From assembly GCA_017525875.1 (NCBI GenBank), contig JAFXSG010000048.1:1856-65855 (forward strand): a DNA stretch of 64,000 nt, in the 5' to 3' direction. The first letter of the stretch is position 1; each line of letters opens with the position of its first letter. Position numbers and translations under genes: made by a program. This DNA is from Clostridia bacterium. Its GTDB lineage: Bacteria > Bacillota > Clostridia > Christensenellales > CAG-138. The notes under the pieces were generated by a model that saw nothing but the letters and a program-made list of their open reading frames with translations, ran no database searches and was not told the DNA's origin. Below, piece after piece: positions 55,636 to 63,741 of the stretch.

Positions 55636-58233
55636 TTATTTGGTATATTGAATCGATACGTGGCTGACAGGCGTGTTGCCGTCGTTGTCCTTATCGCCCG
55701 CCTTTACCGAAATATCGATATTGATCGTCCTTCCATTCGGGTTAACAGTGGTCTTTTTCTTGAACCCGGGCTCATGGAACATCACCGACTTGCCGGAGTT
55801 CTTGATGATCGTTCCTCGCTTACCGAACGGAGCGGTGCCGCAAAGCATGACGCTGCTCAGCGTCGCCTTGAATGAACTTTCGACGAATTCTCTGACTTCG
55901 TCGTAGAGGATGCTGGTTTTGCCGTTTTCATTCATAGCCTGGCCGTACTTGGAGACGAATTCCTCAAGGACCGAATACAGCGATCTTTTCTTAAGCCTGC
56001 CGCTCAGCGAGACCGGCGTGTTGAATTGGTTGCTCTTTTGTTTTTCCTCCTCGCGCACTTTATCCTTAAGGTTATCGGTATTACTGCTGAAGAATCCGCC
56101 GTTCCGATCGGACGGTGTGGCTGCCTGTCCGCCGAACGCCGAGCCGCCGCCGAACGCCGAACCGCCGCCAAACGCAGAACCGCTGCCGAACGCCGAGCCG
56201 CCGCCAAACGCCGAGCCGCCAAACGCAGAACCGCCGAACGCCGAGCCGCTGCCGAATGCCGAGCCGCCTGTTGTGTTTCCTGACGGAGCCGCTGACTTGA
56301 ACGGGTCGTTTACGACGGGCGGTACTCCCTTCCCGGGCGCCGTCCTCGTCCTGTTGACCTGATGCTTACCATCGGGCATGGAATTTGGGTTGCGGTAGAC
56401 GTCTTCTTCGTTATGGAACGTGCCGGAACCGTCCACGCAGCCTTTTGCGAGCAGCAGCACTTTCATTTTGCCGGGAACGCGGATCGTTGCCCTGACGAGT
56501 GCGGAGACTATCGCCAGCGCTATGAGCGCGATGCCGAGGATTATGCCGATTATTATCGCAAGCGCTCCGGGATCGTCCACGCTGACCTTAAACGTTGATT
56601 CAACGGAATTGTTCTGTGCGTCCGTGAATTGCAGAGTGACGAGGGTGCTCGCCCACCAGCCCTTAACGCCGGTTATGTTCACCTTATCCCCGTCAATGGC
56701 AACGTCGGCAACGTCCGCCGGGGAAACGCTCTTTACGGTGACTTCCACAGGGTCGTTTTCCGCATCGTAAACGTACCGGAAGATATCGCTGACGGTAACC
56801 GTTTTGCCCTTTCTGACGCGGGTGTCGGGGATATCCTTAACAAGCTCCACGGGAGTGTTGCTTGACATGACCGTCAGGGTGTCTTCGCGATACAGGGTGT
56901 CCCATTCGAGCCTAATCTTTACGTCGTAAAAACTGTCTTCCGAGACCACAAAGCTCCCGACGAACGATCTGCCGTCGCGCTGCAGGTCGAGCACTCTCGT
57001 ATCGTCAGGGTTCGCTCTTGAAACGATGGTCGCTTTCGCGGAGGTTACGCAGTCGTAGATCTCGTCGTTCTCGAGAGCGGCGTCGTCGTAAGTCAGCCAG
57101 GTCCTGATCCCGACAACGTCGTTCGTATACGCAACGCCTACGGGGTTGCCCTCCGGGAAAACGAGCTGGCTGGTGAGGTTCATTTTATAATGCTCCAGCA
57201 GGCCGATGTGGATATCGTCCCCCTGAATGTTGCTGACGGAAAGCAGCCATGTGCCGGGCTGAGGCATTATGACCTTTATGCTTGCCGCAGTCACGTCCGT
57301 ATCGAAGCGGACGTTGCCGGAGTTGGCCAGCTGGACCTCTCTGCCGCTGGGATCGAACAACCTGATCTTGCCTTCTTTAATGGCGTTCGGGTTGCCGCCG
57401 GAAATGCGGATATTTGCCTCTATAACGCTCGGGTTGATGGGTATCTCGCACTGGTGGGCGCCGCCGTCGCCGGGGATCACGCCTACCGGCAGATAGATAA
57501 GATCACATTCCTCCGCAAGCAGATCGATGAAAAGCTGCTCGATCTCGCCGGTGCTGTGTATCGCGCGGAACGATCCGCCCGTGCTTTCCGCAATATTGCT
57601 GAGCTTTTTCAGGCCTTCTCCGTCCGCGCCCATCGAGCTTTCGCCCGAGGAAGTTATATAGTCGTATCCGACGCAGTAAATATGGCAGTTGTTGCTCTTT
57701 GCCCACTTTATCGCATCGACCTCGTTTTCCTCGCAAGCGGCAAGCGCGAGCAGATTATAGCCAAAGTCGTTCACGCCGTCGGTGAACAGGATGATCGCCC
57801 TTGCATGATCTTCGTCCGAACAGCTGTTGAGCAGATCGGTCGCGGCAAGCACCGCGTTGCCGATGCCCGTATCGCCCTTGTACTTGATCGAATCGACCGC
57901 GCTTCGGACCGTTTCGATCCCGGTAAACTCCTGCAGTGCGATCAGCGCGGGGTTGCCCGCATGGTCCGTCGTCAGGATCGTCGGATCCGTGTTGAAGCTG
58001 ATGATGCCCACACGGCTGTCCTGCGCCGGCATCATATTGACGAGCATCCTGATGGCTGACAGAGCTGTTTTTTCTTTATCGGAATGCAGCATCGATCCGC
58101 TGGAGTCGATGACGACCACCAGATCCAAAGGCTTATACTCTTTTTCGGTCTCCAATTCTTCCGCAAAGCATTCGAATGCTGTGAAAGTCAAAAACAGCAG
58201 GGCTAACAAAAGAGCGGCTATCCTCTTCATCAC
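55636..58233 (-). CDS. Signal-peptide MIDAS-vWA protein with Ig-like region, single TM and a cytoplasmic SAFGG-repeat tail plus C-terminal domain
   Basis: Signal peptide MMKRIAALLLALLFLTFTAFECFA. vWA domain LDLVVVIDSSGSMLHSD ... GDTGIG ... IILFTDGVND. TM helix ALAIIIGIILGIALIALAIVSALV followed by RATIRVPGKMK. Eight SAFG repeats and a 160-aa C-terminal domain. Confidence 0.85.
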   Translation of the reverse strand: MMKRIAALLLALLFLTFTAFECFAEELETEKEYKPLDLVVVIDSSGSMLHSDKEKTALSAIRMLVNMMPAQDSRVGIISFNTDPTILTTDHAGNPALIALQEFTGIETVRSAVDSIKYKGDTGIGNAVLAATDLLNSCSDEDHARAIILFTDGVNDFGYNLLALAACEENEVDAIKWAKSNNCHIYCVGYDYITSSGESSMGADGEGLKKLSNIAESTGGSFRAIHSTGEIEQLFIDLLAEECDLIYLPVGVIPGDGGAHQCEIPINPSVIEANIRISGGNPNAIKEGKIRLFDPSGREVQLANSGNVRFDTDVTAASIKVIMPQPGTWLLSVSNIQGDDIHIGLLEHYKMNLTSQLVFPEGNPVGVAYTNDVVGIRTWLTYDDAALENDEIYDCVTSAKATIVSRANPDDTRVLDLQRDGRSFVGSFVVSEDSFYDVKIRLEWDTLYREDTLTVMSSNTPVELVKDIPDTRVRKGKTVTVSDIFRYVYDAENDPVEVTVKSVSPADVADVAIDGDKVNITGVKGWWASTLVTLQFTDAQNNSVESTFKVSVDDPGALAIIIGIILGIALIALAIVSALVRATIRVPGKMKVLLLAKGCVDGSGTFHNEEDVYRNPNSMPDGKHQVNRTRTAPGKGVPPVVNDPFKSAAPSGNTTGGSAFGSGSAFGGSAFGGSAFGGGSAFGSGSAFGGGSAFGGGSAFGGQAATPSDRNGGFFSSNTDNLKDKVREEEKQKSNQFNTPVSLSGRLKKRSLYSVLEEFVSKYGQAMNENGKTSILYDEVREFVESSFKATLSSVMLCGTAPFGKRGTIIKNSGKSVMFHEPGFKKKTTVNPNGRTINIDISVKAGDKDNDGNTPVSHVSIQYTK
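56128..56268 (-). repeat. Coding tandem repeats (GGSAFGG) with core GCGTTCGGCGGC
   Basis: Plus strand gccgccgaacgccgagcc / gccgccaaacgcagaacc, in 18-24-nt units. Confidence 0.9.
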
Positions 58234-58407
58234 GCAATGTTTCCTCCGTTATGATCTTGATATTGGCTGTACGGGGAGCAAAGTGCGAATATGATCTTTG
58301 CCCAAGGCGGCACTTGCTTCGGCCGTGATAAATAAGAAAAAGGCAGTTTGAATTGGCAAGTCAGTACGGTACACACCCTATATCACCTTTCCTAAACCTA
58401 CTATTTT

Positions 58408-58435
58408 ATTATATCATATCATTAGGCAGAGTCAA
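58408..58435 (-). promoter_or_regulatory. Near-consensus sigma-A promoter of the ten-gene operon
   Basis: On the minus strand: TTGACT (58435-58430), 16-nt spacer, TATAAT (58413-58408). This implies a leader of about 170 nt before the ATG at 58233. Confidence 0.6.
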
Positions 58436-59012
58436 GCCAAATAACCGCAAATGCGTCGATTTTCGACAGCAAACACGCCGGCGGGACAGAGGAAGACCCG
58501 AAGCTCTCCGCGCCTGCGCCGCAGCGAGGGTGCGTGAGGATCATCTCGCTGTTTTATGAAAATTTCGTTGTATTCTAATGATAAAATGACACGCTCTGAC
58601 AGACCGGTCCGGTATGCTTCATGCAGCCAGCCCCGCGACCCCGGGACCGTTTGTGATCCGGATCGCGAGCCGTCCGCTGCAAAAGCACCGTTTCACGCGC
58701 TTGCCATCACAGCTCCCGCTTTCCGCCATGTGCCGCATCCGCCGGTCGGGGCAAGCCCCTATGCATTCCATGGAGGAGGACCGAAAAATCGGCGGAAGAA
58801 AAGGAAAAGCGAGTATCGACTGAGAACCGTTGTCAATACTCGCTGTGTAGATTTCGTCGCGCTCTTGTTTGCCCTTGTATGCCTTATGACGATCCGTTTG
58901 CCTGCTGCGTTCTGCGGCAGAGGGCTGCGGCGCAGAGCAGGCGATGAGCGTCATCGGGTTCGTTCTTTTTGATCGGCAGCGCGAGCTCTTTCCGCACGCC
59001 GGGCCGTCGGGA

Positions 59013-59211
59013 TCAATACCCGGTATAGTCGAACTCGAAAGTTATCCACTCGCCGAAATCGTTTTCATCCAGGCAGGAAACGATATGATCCTCATGGGAA
59101 AAGCTTTCGAACGTGTGATCCCACAGAGGCGCGAACGTATCGTCGTCGGCTGCGTAGTCGGGATGCGGGTGCTCCTGTGAATATATGCAGGTAATGAAGC
59201 AAGCGTTTCAT
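59013..59211 (-). pseudogene. Small ORF apparently split by a frameshift
   Basis: AAAGGAAG RBS, then ATG at 59211 (MKRLLHYLHI...). The protein-like continuation SQEHPHPDYAADDDTFAPLWDHTFESFSHEDHIVSCLDENDFGEWITFEFDYTGY* is in the +1 frame, ending at 59013. Confidence 0.3.
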
Positions 59212-59437
59212 AATTCTTCCTTTCATTTCGTTATTTCGTAATGGAGCATTTGAATGCGAGCGTATTTCCCGGCTGCGGACCCTGCCCGCCTCTATTATCA
59301 GCGGGCAGGGATGCTTCCACAGGCTAATGCCTTTATGGTATTAGGCAGCATCGTTTGTGCCGAAGAACTCATAGTTTGCTTTGACGCATATGAGTTTCCC
59401 TTCGGCATCGAACCGGCCAGCTGAAGGAACATACGGT

Positions 59438-60382
59438 TTATCCGAGCGTGACGAGATTCAGATTGAATATGTATTGGCAAAGCACATCGCCCGCAGTTGT
59501 GCCTTTGGTAATGAAGAGCGGCATATAATTGTCAGCGCTGCCTTCGAATACGGCGACCAGCTTATCGTAGACGGCATTATGCTCCGCATCAGCACGGATG
59601 CCGACGAGAATGATCGCGCTGTAATCGGTGGGAGAATTCGGATCATCGACGGTCATACAAAAATCGTAGAACTCGTCTTTCAAGATCCTCTCGGAGACCT
59701 CCTCATCATAGACGGCGTCGAGCATGGAGAGCGCCTCGGTCAGTTCGTCGATCTCGAAGGCGATTGGGAAGGCCTTGAACACGGCGGTATACTTCGCAAG
59801 CTCCTTTGCCGAGACGATCTCGAAATCGCTGAGGCTGCGTTCCACCTTTGTGGCGGAAACGATATCGGCGCAGAGCTCCTTCGCTTCTTCGTATGGCGTG
59901 CACGCGGAAACGGTCCAGCCGCTGCCCTCTCGGCGGAGGGTGAAGAAGCAGGCCTTTGAAATGTCGGCGGGATCCCTCGAGGTTGAGCCGTAGACGTATG
60001 AAGCTTCATCGGCGGAATAGACGAGCTTCTTGAAGACAGCTGCGTTGACGGTACCGTCAGCTTCGATGCTCGACTTGAGCGCATCCACCTGTTCGTGTGA
60101 GAGCGGGCAGTCCCTGCGGAGCAGGCAGAGCTTTTCGCCATCCCCGGAAACGAGGAAGTAGGCGTCATTGTCAGCATCGATGGTGTATTCGGTGCCATTG
60201 TCCTCCCCGTCGTGCGGAGTCGGCGTGGTGGTGTTCGGCGTCGGCGCCTCGGTCACGGGCGCTTCGGTAACGGGATTTGCGGTCGTTGGGTCTGCGATCG
60301 GCTTGGGTGAAGCGGTGCAGCCGGCAATGGTCGAAAGCAGCATCGTGGCTGCGATTACAAAAGCAATCAGTTTCTTTTTCAT
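59438..60382 (-). CDS. Lipoprotein, unknown function
   Basis: AAGGAG RBS. MKKKLIAFVIAATMLLSTIAGCTAS (lipobox), then a T/P-rich linker. Confidence 0.7.
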   Translation of the reverse strand: MKKKLIAFVIAATMLLSTIAGCTASPKPIADPTTANPVTEAPVTEAPTPNTTTPTPHDGEDNGTEYTIDADNDAYFLVSGDGEKLCLLRRDCPLSHEQVDALKSSIEADGTVNAAVFKKLVYSADEASYVYGSTSRDPADISKACFFTLRREGSGWTVSACTPYEEAKELCADIVSATKVERSLSDFEIVSAKELAKYTAVFKAFPIAFEIDELTEALSMLDAVYDEEVSERILKDEFYDFCMTVDDPNSPTDYSAIILVGIRADAEHNAVYDKLVAVFEGSADNYMPLFITKGTTAGDVLCQYIFNLNLVTLG

Positions 60383-60473
60383 AAGAAAACTCCTTTCTGT
60401 GATATGTGATTTCAGACCGAATCACTTCGGTTTTATCTTAGAAGGGGAGAGAGCGCAGGAGATCGACCGCCGC

Positions 60474-60520
60474 TCTTCCCCCTCTACTACTATAACAAAC
60501 GTTATGCATGCACTGGGACA
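60474..60520 (-). promoter_or_regulatory. Conserved bipartite promoter-like motif, copy A (TGTCCC-N16-TTGTTATAGTAGTAGAGGGGGAA on the minus strand)
   Basis: Lies about 95 nt upstream of the lipoprotein start. It shares both boxes and the exact 16-nt spacing with copies B and C. Confidence 0.55.
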
Positions 60521-60811
60521 TTGAACAAATAATATATTATTGGCCGTTGTCCCAAATGATAATGATCAGTCATTTCCCAGTTCCCCGGTTGCAGCAACTC
60601 GTACAGTATATGAGTAAGAACTTAAGCCGGGGCTGGATACAACGATCGTCCACTCCCCGATCGTATCAAACTCAACTTGCGCACTAATGGAGCGACACTG
60701 TGTTTCTGTACTGCCGGCGCGGCGTCAGCCGATTGTCCCTCCTCCCCCGAGGACGCCTCTGTCCAACTGCAGTCCAAACGCTACTCAAGCATAACGTCAG
60801 AAAAGTTTTTT

Positions 60812-60856
60812 CTCCCCCTCTATTACTATAACAATCCGGGATTGCTGCAGGGGACA
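60812..60856 (-). promoter_or_regulatory. Conserved bipartite promoter-like motif, copy B
   Basis: Minus strand TGTCCC-N16-TTGTTATAGTAATAGAGGGGGAG. Confidence 0.5.
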
Positions 60857-60880
60857 AATCGATACGCACTTTTTTAATCA

Positions 60881-60909
60881 TTGATTTCGGCTTGAAACCA
60901 TGCTAATAT
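60881..60909 (+). promoter_or_regulatory. Sigma-A-type promoter of the sigma/anti-sigma operon
   Basis: TTGATT, 17-nt spacer, TGcTAATAT. Confidence 0.5.
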
Positions 60910-60973
60910 ATTAAGAGAATCATTCAAATTGTGCCTATATATGTCCTCGTTTGCGATAAAGGAGGTTTCATAC

Positions 60974-61534
60974 ATGCTTCTGATGTATCTGTCAATGCTG
61001 CAAACGGATGAGGAACGTGCTTTTTTCACGCAGCTGTATACCAAATACCGCTATCAGATGTTTCGCGTTGCAAAAAAGTACTTGCACAACGAATTCGATG
61101 CAGAGGATATCGTTCATGACATTTTCAAGATCGTTGCAGACGATCATATGCGGGATCTTGAGAATCGAACCGATGCGGATGTGCGCCGTTTTCTCTTATG
61201 CTGTGCAAAAAACAGATCTCTCAACCTGATGAAAAGCCGCTCGAAAATAGTATCTCTGGATTCACTCATGGAGCAGGGCTGGGATGAGATCGACCTCAGT
61301 AAGGATCCGATCGACGAGATAATTGCGGATCGTGCTCTCACAAAGCAGGCTGAGGAAGCTATCGCCGGGCTGGATCCTATGTACGGTGATCCGCTTTGGA
61401 TGCATCTGAAGGGGTACAGCGCGGCAGAGGTCGCAAAGCTGTTCAACGAAAACTACGAAGCGGTCAAGAAACGCACGTACAGGGCAAAGCTCCTGCTCAG
61501 AAAAGCCGTGCTCGGGGAAGGAGGCGAAGCATGA
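60974..61534 (+). CDS. Sigma-70 family (group 4/ECF-like) RNA polymerase sigma factor
   Basis: AAAGGAGG RBS. Region 2 string DAEDIVHDIFKIV and region 4 HTH GYSAAEVAKLFNENYEAVKKRTYRAKLLLRK. Confidence 0.8.
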   Translation: MLLMYLSMLQTDEERAFFTQLYTKYRYQMFRVAKKYLHNEFDAEDIVHDIFKIVADDHMRDLENRTDADVRRFLLCCAKNRSLNLMKSRSKIVSLDSLMEQGWDEIDLSKDPIDEIIADRALTKQAEEAIAGLDPMYGDPLWMHLKGYSAAEVAKLFNENYEAVKKRTYRAKLLLRKAVLGEGGEA

Positions 61535-62199
61535 TGGAAAACAACAAGCAGATCATTGCCGATGCATACGGAAAAGCGATGGACGCCGAATACGACGCGA
61601 TCCTTGCCGAAGACGAAACCGAGCCGCATCAGTTCTCAGAACGGTTCGAGGAGAAAATGAATGACCTGATAAACGGGGATGCCTCCGAAAAGAAAGGCGC
61701 ATCCCGCCGCAGGCTCCGCCCGATATGGCTGATCGCAGCAGCGGTACTCCTGCTCGCGGCGACTGCCTGTGCCGTGCCGAGCATAAGAAAGTCCATCGCC
61801 GGATTCTTCGTTAAGATGTTCGGGGATCATGTGGAATACACCGATCCGGATATCACCAAAGACCGTATCGAAGAGGAGTATGAGCTTGTGCCGATACCTG
61901 AAGGGTTTGAGTTAAATACTGAATCTGGCAGTAAAACCCGAACGCTACGATATGAGGATGACAAGGGCAGGTATATTATCTTAATTCAAACCGTAGATAC
62001 AGAAATACAGCTATCAGTCGATAATGAGGAAGGAGAATTTTCTGAACAAACGATTGCGAACAAGTCGTGTAGAATGTACATATCTGATGATGGCTCCCAA
62101 GCATCATGGATCGAAAATGGTTACTTCTTTTCGATGACATGTTCAGCAGGAGTAGACATAACAAATATGATCGAATGCGTTAGAACAATTGATGAATAG
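61531..62199 (+). CDS. Anti-sigma factor-like membrane protein (DUF4367-type C-terminus)
   Basis: Its start overlaps the sigma gene stop (ATGA). A single TM helix (IWLIAAAVLLLAATACAV) is followed by an extracytoplasmic domain. Confidence 0.6.
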   Translation: MMENNKQIIADAYGKAMDAEYDAILAEDETEPHQFSERFEEKMNDLINGDASEKKGASRRRLRPIWLIAAAVLLLAATACAVPSIRKSIAGFFVKMFGDHVEYTDPDITKDRIEEEYELVPIPEGFELNTESGSKTRTLRYEDDKGRYIILIQTVDTEIQLSVDNEEGEFSEQTIANKSCRMYISDDGSQASWIENGYFFSMTCSAGVDITNMIECVRTIDE

Positions 62200-62314
62200 T
62201 ATTAATGCGTTCCCATCTTTGACTACAGCGACCGGGCATAAGGAAGAATGCCCGGTCGCTGCATTGAATGATTGGCTTCACTGTATCATGACAAGGAGAA
62301 ACGGATATATGCAG

Positions 62315-62749
62315 TTAATACGTTATAGTTTGGGTTTTCGTGATTATGTCATTTGCTCCACCCGAACCAGAAACCGTATAGGTCACGGTGACTCTGAATG
62401 TTCCGTGTGAAGGAAGATAAGTACTGAATGTATTACTGTAACAGCTTTTAGTTGTATAGTCTGTCCAAACGTTGTTCTCGTATCCGATATTGACACGAGA
62501 CCAGAACAAACCAAGGATTTGTTTGTCTACATAAAGTTCGACCGCGATTCGTGTTGTACCGCTTTTCCCTGCTACAGAAAGATAAGAATACAGGCATCCG
62601 GCAGAATCTACATCGCAAGAGAGCGTAGCACTTACTGTGTTGTTATACATCGTTGCCGCCGAAACCTTTGAAGTCGGCACAGCGAAGAAAGCAAACAGTG
62701 TAAGCAGGGACAGTACAAGGGCGATACTTCTTTTGATGGTGTTTTTCAT
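62315..62749 (-). CDS. Small secreted protein, unknown function
   Basis: GGAGGT RBS. Signal peptide MKNTIKRSIALVLSLLTLFAFFAVPTSKVSA. The DNA is AT-rich. Confidence 0.65.
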   Translation of the reverse strand: MKNTIKRSIALVLSLLTLFAFFAVPTSKVSAATMYNNTVSATLSCDVDSAGCLYSYLSVAGKSGTTRIAVELYVDKQILGLFWSRVNIGYENNVWTDYTTKSCYSNTFSTYLPSHGTFRVTVTYTVSGSGGANDIITKTQTITY

Positions 62750-62816
62750 TTTTTACCTCCGTTTTGAGCGGCGTCTGCCGCAGTTTTATATTGCGCCTGT
62801 TTTAGCGGCGCGGTTT

Positions 62817-63317
62817 TCACAATGGCTTTATCTCTCTGCCGTCAATGTACCGTCTGTGAGTGATACACGTCAGAACAACGGCAAATCGGCACTCGGGAAT
62901 GTTTTTGGGATCCCGTATACAGGTTATCTCATCGGCAAGGTGCAGCAACTCCACGAAATCGCTTTTTCTCTCTCCGCTCAGGATATCCGCGCCGAACAGC
63001 AGCCAGCAGGCGACCGACGCCTTCTGCCGATAAATATCCGCTGATATCTCGTACCGTGAAGAGAATCGCTTTGTTTTCCTGATAAGGCTCTCGGCCCTGC
63101 TTTCGCCGTTGCTGTCGGGAATGTACTTTATGCGCTCGAACCGGCTCAGGAGGTGAGAGATGTCATCGTCCCTGCCCGTATCGGAAGACCGATCAGTATG
63201 TTCGCTCGCTCCGTGCCCGGTAGGTCCAGGGTTTCCCTCTTCACAGGCCTCATCAGGATCCGATCCCATCCAATCATCGGGGTCGTCATAGCGTACAGAA
63301 TAAATGAGTTCATCCAT
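62817..63317 (-). CDS. Hypothetical protein with an acidic N-terminus
   Basis: RBS GGAGGAAAGGAGAG immediately downstream of motif copy C. Coding-like ORF. Confidence 0.55.
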   Translation of the reverse strand: MDELIYSVRYDDPDDWMGSDPDEACEEGNPGPTGHGASEHTDRSSDTGRDDDISHLLSRFERIKYIPDSNGESRAESLIRKTKRFSSRYEISADIYRQKASVACWLLFGADILSGERKSDFVELLHLADEITCIRDPKNIPECRFAVVLTCITHRRYIDGREIKPL

Positions 63318-63330
63318 TTTTAGCTCTCCT

Positions 63331-63374
63331 TTCCTCCTCTACATCTATAACAACAGGGACGATTATCAGGGGAC
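63331..63374 (-). promoter_or_regulatory. Conserved bipartite promoter-like motif, copy C
   Basis: Minus strand TGTCCC-N16-TTGTTATAGATGTAGAGGAGGAA, directly upstream of the 63317 start. Confidence 0.55.
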
Positions 63375-63741
63375 ACGAGCAAGCAAATATATTATTTTGA
63401 GATTTATGCATCCTCTGTCATAAAACAATTCTAATGTGCCAAAAGATGCTGTTTAGTTGAGAAACTACAGCACCGTGCTTTTGTGAGACATTCTTTTTGA
63501 GCCTTTCAAGATTATTATTGGATCTATGCGCAGCCCTGTCCCGGCTTAGTTTTACAGACAATGTGATCTATCATAGTGCGCATTTTTCAGCATAGCGCGT
63601 CTCACGCATCCTTATATATTCATTGCTTTGAGGACATAGAAAAACAGCCTCCGTTTCGGATGTGAAGCGGAGGCTCGAAGAAGGCAGTATTGTTATGCTT
63701 GTTCGAATCGTGTGAAGAAAACAGCTTCGGCATTACCTCCC

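Noticed and set aside
58440-59010. ORFs 58556-58972 (+), 58614-58823 (+) and 58619-58954 (-) in the GC-rich gap upstream of the big operon
   Set aside because: They are R/P/A-rich and mutually overlapping, with no RBS or motifs. I treated the stretch as non-coding or decayed sequence and could not assign any function.
60677-60881. ORFs 60677-60877 (+) and 60684-60881 (-)
   Set aside because: Both read through promoter-like motif copy B (the LPLYYYNN string is just the motif translated). They have no RBS and are more likely leader or non-coding sequence.
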